Positions 36,908-43,029 of a DNA stretch of 43,029 nucleotides are shown here, one piece after another (within the stretch, counting starts at the first letter, position 1; each line of letters begins with the position of its first letter). The notes beneath the pieces were generated by a model. That model was not told the DNA's origin and did no database searches. It saw nothing but the letters and a program-made list of their open reading frames with translations. Made by a program: the position numbers and the translations under genes. The stretch comes from an uncultured Gammaproteobacteria bacterium (GTDB taxonomy: Bacteria; Patescibacteriota; Patescibacteriia; 2-01-FULL-39-33): the NCBI GenBank assembly GCA_964558935.1, contig CAZLFP010000007.1, positions 1 through 43,029 of the forward strand, in the 5' to 3' direction.

Positions 36908-38362
36908 ATGAAGGTAATGTTGACTCTGATTCTGGCTCTGGTGTCGATGACGGCCCTGGCTGTCGACATCGGTGACGTCGAACAAGCGGCACTGAGATCG
37001 GTTACCCGAGGTGGCGTGGCCCTGTGTCCGGTGGAATCCGACAAGGTGGCTACACAGCCGCCTGAAAAGGGCGGCTGTTCAGGTGGTGTCCAATTCGACC
37101 TTGATGTAGTCGACGGTGTTGTGACCGGAGATTCCGGTCCTGTGCCTCCTGGAGAGTACTACATCTATCTGGCTCTATGTAACATCGATTTGGATCGACT
37201 GTTTAACAACTACGATCCCAATGGCGATCAGCAGACGGTGACGGTAACGTCGGGACAAACTTCCGAGGTCGTCATCGATCTGTATCTGCGGGAGCGTCTC
37301 ACAGGACAATTTTACGTGCCCATGCCTGAAGGATTAGATTCCCGTGGCATCACCAGTGTCAGCCTAACTGGGGCTGACGTTATTGACTACCAAGAAGTTC
37401 CCGGCGGTCGGTTGCGAGTTGACATCTCAGCTCCTCCGACTTTCGACGGCGGCACCCTGACCATCCATGGTCACGGTGACACTGAGTATTCGGGACGCAT
37501 TGAGACGAATTTCGTCGAAATACTGAACTCAGACCCACCGCAAGTCGAGTTCGCCACCGGTTCGGTTTCGATCGTCGGCGTAAACATCAACCGACCGGAA
37601 CCCAACGATTTCATCCAAGGAATCAATACCGAAGGGAATTTCTACTATGATTCCCTTCAGTCGGCCGTCGATGCCGGTTGCTGGGATATCCATCTTGGCG
37701 AGGGCGAATACACCGGCTTTGTGGCTGATTTGGTTGGCCAAGATCTGGCTGTCCACGGCTTGGGCGTGAATAAGACCAAGCTTGTGCCTTTGACAGATCA
37801 TACTGATCCGGTTGTCTACGCCGTAGGCGCAGATTCCTTTGTTCTGGGAGATGTCTGTGTCAGAGGTCAGGACAAAACCAATCGGAGTCTGGTTATCTGG
37901 CAAAGCAACCACGTGGCGATCCGTCATTGCTTGGTACACAATGATAATGCCGGTTGCTTGGATTCCAGTGACAACCGATTCGTCTTGATCGACCAAACGG
38001 CCATGCTGGGACCCGGTGCCGGCAATGGTATTCCCGACGATACGTATTGTTCGAGCAGCATCTGTGCTGTTCGAGCCGAGAATCTGACGGTGCGCAACTC
38101 GATTATCATTGGGGTGTGCAGAGGAATTACGGTCGACAGCGTCGACGATATGAGCATTGGCCGCAATTACTTCTACCGCATCGGTCAGACCAACTGTTAC
38201 AACAGTGGCAATGGACAAGCCATCGAGTTGGAAGACAACTTCGATGGCGATCCCATGCTATGGTTCAATGGGAGTCAAATGATTTGGACTCTCACCCCGA
38301 ATTCGCCCTGTTGGTACGCTGGCTACGAAGGCCAGACGATTGGGCCGCGCCTTACGGACTAA
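36908..38362 (+). CDS. GC-rich secreted protein with a C-terminal right-handed parallel beta-helix (pectin-lyase-like) domain (484 aa)
   Basis: Signal peptide MKVMLTLILALVSMTALA; YDSLQSAVDAG..IHLGEGEY beta-helix cap; DP.L...LTPNSPC..AG terminal motif. Confidence 0.75.
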   Translation: MKVMLTLILALVSMTALAVDIGDVEQAALRSVTRGGVALCPVESDKVATQPPEKGGCSGGVQFDLDVVDGVVTGDSGPVPPGEYYIYLALCNIDLDRLFNNYDPNGDQQTVTVTSGQTSEVVIDLYLRERLTGQFYVPMPEGLDSRGITSVSLTGADVIDYQEVPGGRLRVDISAPPTFDGGTLTIHGHGDTEYSGRIETNFVEILNSDPPQVEFATGSVSIVGVNINRPEPNDFIQGINTEGNFYYDSLQSAVDAGCWDIHLGEGEYTGFVADLVGQDLAVHGLGVNKTKLVPLTDHTDPVVYAVGADSFVLGDVCVRGQDKTNRSLVIWQSNHVAIRHCLVHNDNAGCLDSSDNRFVLIDQTAMLGPGAGNGIPDDTYCSSSICAVRAENLTVRNSIIIGVCRGITVDSVDDMSIGRNYFYRIGQTNCYNSGNGQAIELEDNFDGDPMLWFNGSQMIWTLTPNSPCWYAGYEGQTIGPRLTD

Positions 38363-38369
38363 CCCCTAC

Positions 38370-38416
38370 CACCCCTTCTTCTCACACCGAGTGAGGAGGA
38401 GGGGTGTTTTCTTTTT
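38370..38416 (+). terminator. Long hairpin terminator
   Basis: 16-bp stem CACCCCTTCTTCTCAC/GTGAGGAGGAGGGGTG (with G-U pairs) plus a T-tract. Confidence 0.8.
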
Positions 38417-38417
38417 C

Positions 38418-38447
38418 AAAAAAAGACCATCAGATTTACCGATGGTC
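38418..38447 (-). terminator. recA terminator
   Basis: GACCATC/GATGGTC stem with an A-run. Confidence 0.65.
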
Positions 38448-38463
38448 ATTTTATTTAAACAAT

Positions 38464-39504
38464 TTACTTTTCTTCCTCTTTATCTTTCGCCTTAATGGCT
38501 GACCAAATTTCTTTTTTCAGCCCTTTTAACAGCTTCTTATTACCTCTTAAATAAGCTTTGGCATTTTCTCTACCCACACCCAATCTTTCCTCTCCGTAAG
38601 TGTAGGAATTACCGGATTTGCTAATGACGCCAGAAGCTACCCCAAGATCCAAGACATCACCGGCAATGGAAATACCTTCATTATACATGATATCAAACTC
38701 ACAAGTCTGAAAAGGCGGTGCCACCTTATTCTTAACAATCTTAACCTTAACCCTGTTACCGATACTCCTGTCACCTTGCTTAATCTGGGCACTTCTCCTA
38801 ACCTCAACTCTAACCGATGAATAGAATTTAAGAGCCATCCCGCCGGTAGTGGTTTCCGGGTTGCCAAAGAAGACTCCTATCTTCTGTCGAGTCTGGTTAA
38901 TAAAAACCAACACGGTCTTACTTTTGGAAATGGCAGCTGTCAGCTTTCTGAGGGCCTGACTCATTAATCTGGCTTGCAACGCCATATGGGAATCTCCCAT
39001 ATTGCCCTCAATTTCCGCCTTAGGCACCAAGGCAGCCACCGAATCCACCACTACCACATCCATGGCATTGGATCTGACCAGAGTTTCTACGATCTCCAAA
39101 GCCTGCTCACCGGTATCCGGCTGGGAAATAAACAGCTTATTGATATCCACGCCTATCTTTCTGGCATAATCCGGATCCAAGGCATGTTCAGCATCCACAA
39201 AAGCGGCCACTCCACCCATTTTTTGGACCTCAGCCACAATATGCTGAGCCAAAGTTGTTTTACCGGATGCTTCCGGACCAAAAATTTCAATGATTCTACC
39301 TCTCGGCACTCCACCTACGCCTAAAGCAATGTCCAGCGACAAACAACCGGTCGGAACCGCATCCACCTGCATGGTTTTGGCTTCTCCGAATTTCATGATC
39401 GAACCGTCTCCAAATCTTTCTTTTATCTGACTGATTGCCGAATCTATAGCTTTTAATTTGTCACCTTCGTTGCCAGTCACATCCTCCTTATCTGTTTTTG
39501 GCAT
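38464..39504 (-). CDS. recA: Recombinase RecA
   Basis: [36 protein letters not shown] and GGMALKFY; start taken at ATG 39504. Confidence 0.98.
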   Translation of the reverse strand: MPKTDKEDVTGNEGDKLKAIDSAISQIKERFGDGSIMKFGEAKTMQVDAVPTGCLSLDIALGVGGVPRGRIIEIFGPEASGKTTLAQHIVAEVQKMGGVAAFVDAEHALDPDYARKIGVDINKLFISQPDTGEQALEIVETLVRSNAMDVVVVDSVAALVPKAEIEGNMGDSHMALQARLMSQALRKLTAAISKSKTVLVFINQTRQKIGVFFGNPETTTGGMALKFYSSVRVEVRRSAQIKQGDRSIGNRVKVKIVKNKVAPPFQTCEFDIMYNEGISIAGDVLDLGVASGVISKSGNSYTYGEERLGVGRENAKAYLRGNKKLLKGLKKEIWSAIKAKDKEEEK

Positions 39505-39514
39505 ATATTGCAAT

Positions 39515-39573
39515 TTAGGAATTAGGAGTTAGGAATTAGGTACAACGCCTAACTCTTAATTCCCAGTTCCTAA
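39515..39573. repeat. Inverted array of heptamer repeats (TTAGGAA/G)n
   Basis: Left arm TTAGGAATTAGGAGTTAGGAATTAGG and right arm CCTAACTCTTAATTCCCAGTTCCTAA match at 21 of 26 positions as an inverted repeat. Confidence 0.8.
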
Positions 39574-40229
39574 GGGCTCATCTGACTCATTAGCACTCTA
39601 ATCTGGACTTCATTGATTCGACTGTACCTCTTCTTAGCTGTAATCTTAATCAAATTCAGACCCTTTTGCAAGTCAATCTTTGCCTCGAATTTACCATCTT
39701 TATCCACAAAAACCTCTTGGTTATTGATAATTAATTCAACTTCTGGCTTAGATTGGCCAATAATGGTAATTTGTTTGTCATTGACCGCTATACCATCTTG
39801 AGGTTCAAGAATATCTAAAGGAGGAGCCACAAATATTTCTTCCACTTTCAGAGCTAAAAAGAAGACAACTGCGGTAATTGTCAGACCTATGACAAAGCGA
39901 CGGATAATGCGAGGCCATACCGGTAAATCATACTTAGCCACTTGAGACTGGTTCAGCCAACCCTGGGAACGCATTTTCTTAGCTTTTAACCAACACTCCT
40001 TAAAATCCAAGCCCAAATAGTCTGTGTAACTTTTAAGGTATTGCTTAAAATACAAAGGACCCGGCAAGTTGGCCGGGCGATTGTTTTCCAATGCTTCCAA
40101 ATATTTGTAAGCAATCTTTAAATCCTTGGCTGCCGATTCCAAAGACTTGCCACTCGTCTGTCTGGCCTCTTTAAGAATCGTACCCAAATCATTAGCTTTG
40201 ACTATAGTTTTACTTCTAAATGCCGTCAT
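39570..40229 (-). CDS. RodZ-like HTH-TM protein with C-terminal Ig-like domain
   Basis: LG.ILKEAR...YLEALE...LP...Y...YLKSY..YLGL HTH, one TM segment, L.KGLN.I.I.A Ig-like tail; ftsK-rodZ-recA gene order. Confidence 0.75.
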   Translation of the reverse strand: MTAFRSKTIVKANDLGTILKEARQTSGKSLESAAKDLKIAYKYLEALENNRPANLPGPLYFKQYLKSYTDYLGLDFKECWLKAKKMRSQGWLNQSQVAKYDLPVWPRIIRRFVIGLTITAVVFFLALKVEEIFVAPPLDILEPQDGIAVNDKQITIIGQSKPEVELIINNQEVFVDKDGKFEAKIDLQKGLNLIKITAKKRYSRINEVQIRVLMSQMSP

Positions 40230-40232
40230 AGT

Positions 40233-42713
40233 TTATGTCCATTCATCTTCCTTAAAGGCTGCTTTTTTCTTCACCGTCTCCACTTCTTGACCTTCATCTT
40301 CTGTTATCTCCGACTCCTCAACTTCAATCTCCTCTTCTTGATCTGGCTGATCAGTCTCTAAATCTTGAGTCGGTTCTGTTTCCTCCTCTGGTTCTTCGGT
40401 CTGGAAAACCACTTTAGTCGCTCCATCATCCTCCTCTTCTTCTTCCGTATAATCCAAATTATCAGCTGGCACCAACTCACCTTCCAAACCATATTCTTTA
40501 GCGGCAAATTCAACGGACGTAATACCCTGCAACTTATCTAAAAAAACCTCCCTGGGTTTGGCACCATCGGCTGGACCGATTACGCCTTGATCTTCTAGTA
40601 AATCCAGTATTCTGGCCGCCCGTGCATAACCAATCTTAAGCCTTCTCTGTAAAAGAGAAGCAGATGCTTTGCCTGATTCCCGGATAATATCTTTGGCTTC
40701 AGATAAAAGCGGATCCGCATCATCATCCACATAATGTCCGCCAGGTCCGGTCGTTGGCTTTTCTGCCAAACCTTCAATATAATCTGCTTCGCCTTGCTGT
40801 TTAATGTAACCAATGACGTTAGATATTTCTTCGTCAGTTAAAAAAACACCCTGGATTCTTTTCGGCTTACTAACCTCAGGTCCTAAATACAACATATCTC
40901 CTCTGCCAACCAGCTTTTCGGCTCCGGACGCATCCAATATGGTTCTGGAATCAATGAGTGAGGCAACGGAAAAAGCGATCCGAGCTGGAATATTGGCTTT
41001 AATTAAACCGGTAATAACATCAGTGGACGGCCTTTGGGTGGCTAAGACCAAATGAATACCAACTGCTCTGGCCATTTGAGCCAATCTGACAATTCCACCT
41101 TCCACATCATTGGCAGCAGTTGTCATTAAATCAGCTAATTCATCTATCACAAACACAATATAGGGTAATTTATCGGGATTACCCTGGTTAAAAGCTTCAA
41201 TATTTCTTTTGCCCACTTTAGATAAGGTTTCAAAACGCCTTTCCATTTCTGCCACTGTCCATTTTAAAGCATTAATGGTTTTTTTGACATCGGTAATAAC
41301 GGGAGTTAAAAGATATGGAATATTGTTGTAAGATGGGAGTTCCACTCTTTTGGGATCAACTAGAATAAACTTCAGCTCATCCGGACTTTTCTGGTAGAGC
41401 AAACTCACGATGAGAGAATTAATACAGACTGATTTACCGCTACCTGTAGCTCCGGCAATTAGCAAATGAGGCATTTTTTCCAAATTACCGAAACAGGCAT
41501 GGCCGGACACATCCTTACCCAAAGCAACGGCCAGCTGAGATTCTCTTTTCTTAAAAGCTTTAGAAGATAATAATTCATTCATGGTGACTTTGGCTGCCAT
41601 CTTATTGGGTATTTCAATACCCACTAACGACTTACCTGGAATCGGGGCTTCAATTCTTAGAGGATGAGCTGCCAAAGCCAGAGACAAATCATTGTTCAAA
41701 CCAACAATTTTTGACAGTTTAACACCTTCAGCCGGCCTAAAAGTGTACTGAGTGACAGTCGGTCCAATATTCACATCGCTCATATCCACTTCAATACCAA
41801 AGTTTGCTAAAGTCTTTTTAATCTTAAGCTGGTTGTTCTTAATGTCTCCGCTGGTTGGTTGGCCGGATTTATTCGTCAACAAACTCAACGGTAATTCAAT
41901 TTTCCTGCCGAATTTTTTAGGCTTAGCTATCATCTCTTGAGCTTGATCTGGATTTGGCTGCTGATTAATCTGAGTTCGACTAAATTGTGGAGCCGCTACT
42001 TCTGCTTCTTCTTCAATCTCTGGCTCCGGTTCAATTTCTTCCTCTTCTTCCTCTTCTTCATACTCCTCATCTTGATCTTCCTCTTCAATATTTTCTTGCT
42101 TGTCTTTAACGGCTTGGTAAATCTCCTTAGCTTTGACCGCCACATATTTAAATAGCTTAAGCGGCCAGAGCAAACTGTTAATGGACATCTCAAAGGTTAA
42201 AAGAATTCCGGTTAAGAAAACAGCTAGAGCCACAATTAAAGTACCCCAGAATCCCATAAACTGAAGCAAGGGGTATGAAAGCAGTACTCCAAAGTACCCA
42301 CCGCCTAAACCCTGATTGGCAGCCCATGTTATTTCATACACTTGATATCTGGCATGCCATAGACCAGTTAAACCTAAAACCGTTAAAGCCGCGCCGACGT
42401 AATTGATAAATGTTACTTCATAAACATCACTTTTAAGTAAAAAATAGCCAAAGACAGCGGTTAAAACCGGAAACAGCCATTTCAAATCACCAAACAACCA
42501 ACCCAAACTCTGATTCACAATTACTCCAAATTGATTATCTCCATACAAACCTAAAATGCCCAAGATGGACAAAGCGGAAAGAGTGAAGAGTGCTATAACC
42601 ACAATTCCTCGTTTGGTTTCAGGGCTGATATTTAAATCCACTCCAAACAAACTACCGACTTGGTAGCTGCTGAAACGTCCTCCAAATAATCCTCTTTTTT
42701 TACGTCTGGGCAT
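40233..42713 (-). CDS. ftsK: DNA translocase FtsK/SpoIIIE
   Basis: N-terminal TM domain, PHLLIAGATGSGKS, IDELADLM, ATQRPS and gamma domain SLLQRRLKIGYARAA. Confidence 0.96.
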   Translation of the reverse strand: MPRRKKRGLFGGRFSSYQVGSLFGVDLNISPETKRGIVVIALFTLSALSILGILGLYGDNQFGVIVNQSLGWLFGDLKWLFPVLTAVFGYFLLKSDVYEVTFINYVGAALTVLGLTGLWHARYQVYEITWAANQGLGGGYFGVLLSYPLLQFMGFWGTLIVALAVFLTGILLTFEMSINSLLWPLKLFKYVAVKAKEIYQAVKDKQENIEEEDQDEEYEEEEEEEEIEPEPEIEEEAEVAAPQFSRTQINQQPNPDQAQEMIAKPKKFGRKIELPLSLLTNKSGQPTSGDIKNNQLKIKKTLANFGIEVDMSDVNIGPTVTQYTFRPAEGVKLSKIVGLNNDLSLALAAHPLRIEAPIPGKSLVGIEIPNKMAAKVTMNELLSSKAFKKRESQLAVALGKDVSGHACFGNLEKMPHLLIAGATGSGKSVCINSLIVSLLYQKSPDELKFILVDPKRVELPSYNNIPYLLTPVITDVKKTINALKWTVAEMERRFETLSKVGKRNIEAFNQGNPDKLPYIVFVIDELADLMTTAANDVEGGIVRLAQMARAVGIHLVLATQRPSTDVITGLIKANIPARIAFSVASLIDSRTILDASGAEKLVGRGDMLYLGPEVSKPKRIQGVFLTDEEISNVIGYIKQQGEADYIEGLAEKPTTGPGGHYVDDDADPLLSEAKDIIRESGKASASLLQRRLKIGYARAARILDLLEDQGVIGPADGAKPREVFLDKLQGITSVEFAAKEYGLEGELVPADNLDYTEEEEEDDGATKVVFQTEEPEEETEPTQDLETDQPDQEEEIEVEESEITEDEGQEVETVKKKAAFKEDEWT

Positions 42714-42771
42714 AACTAGTTAATTTTAGCAATAATAAGCCTAATTAAGCAAATGCTTAAGCTATTGTTAA

Positions 42772-43029
42772 TTATATGGCAGAAGCTAATTCTAATGTGG
42801 TCGTACTCACACCTAAAGATTCAACCTGAGCCGGATTGTGTTCAACCACTTGGTTGATCAGCATGGCTTTCCAATTGAAGTCCAAAGGGGTGTTTAAATT
42901 CCGGTCTATTTCAATGACAAAGCCATCGTTAGTTTGTTCCGCGATCCAATAATTGGCACCCTGACGCCTAGACTTGGGCGTCACGACAATAATCGGTTGC
43001 CAGGCATACTCTTGGTCAAAGACAACTTG
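42772..43029 (-). CDS. C-terminal fragment of a probable surface/adhesin-like protein (5' end outside the window)
   Basis: Frame open to the window end: QVVFDQEYAWQPIIVVTP...GFVI...FNWKA, a beta-rich motif. Confidence 0.55.
   Translation of the reverse strand, partial: QVVFDQEYAWQPIIVVTPKSRRQGANYWIAEQTNDGFVIEIDRNLNTPLDFNWKAMLINQVVEHNPAQVESLGVSTTTLELASAI

Noticed and set aside
37529-38218. 229-aa antisense ORF within the beta-helix gene
   Set aside because: Same codon-mirror artefact; no expression signals.
39515-39573. CRISPR array or telomere-like repeat
   Set aside because: The units are 7 nt with no spacers, no cas genes are present, and the location is internal.
2365-42193. Numerous 60-130 aa ORFs nested in or antisense to recognised genes
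   Set aside because: These are shadow ORFs with no motifs or independent expression signals.
1-43029. Alternative genetic code 25 (TGA = Gly)
   Set aside because: Long conserved genes are intact in code 11, and several end properly at TGA (e.g. elp3, the Trm9-like gene, the phosphomutase).

Overview
This is an AT-rich bacterial chromosomal segment in standard code 11 (TGA is used as a stop). Gene content and style point to Patescibacteria/CPR, probably Parcubacteria-like; that placement is an inference. The backbone is housekeeping: rsmA (partial), two MFS paralogs, a FemABX transferase, leuS, uvrA, a four-subunit pyruvate:ferredoxin oxidoreductase, dsbA, secG, an OppA-like binding protein, tRNA-Leu(CAG), rnj, trpS, a phosphohexomutase, glyA-folD, a DEDDh exonuclease, ychF, rpsF-ssb-rpsR-efp and ftsK-rodZ-like-recA. 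Five things stand out. (1) An Elp3 gene sits head-to-head (40 bp) with a Trm9/ALKBH8-like methyltransferase, suggesting a eukaryote/archaea-type cm5U->mcm5U34 tRNA pathway in a bacterium, and a Trm11-like enzyme lies nearby. (2) LeuRS carries an in-frame 196-aa alpha/beta-hydrolase insertion with an apparent Ser-Asp-His triad. (3) Core genes look leaderless (-10 box 6-9 nt from the ATG, no SD), whereas five scattered orphan genes have near-consensus sigma70 promoters, strong SD sequences and terminators; two of these are GC-rich and have structured leaders sharing a motif. (4) The rpsF operon has an attenuator-like leader. (5) The PFOR cluster is interrupted by a cyclophilin gene and a toxin-antitoxin module. 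No CRISPR array, transposase, integrase or rRNA was seen. All family assignments come from motif recognition, not database searches.
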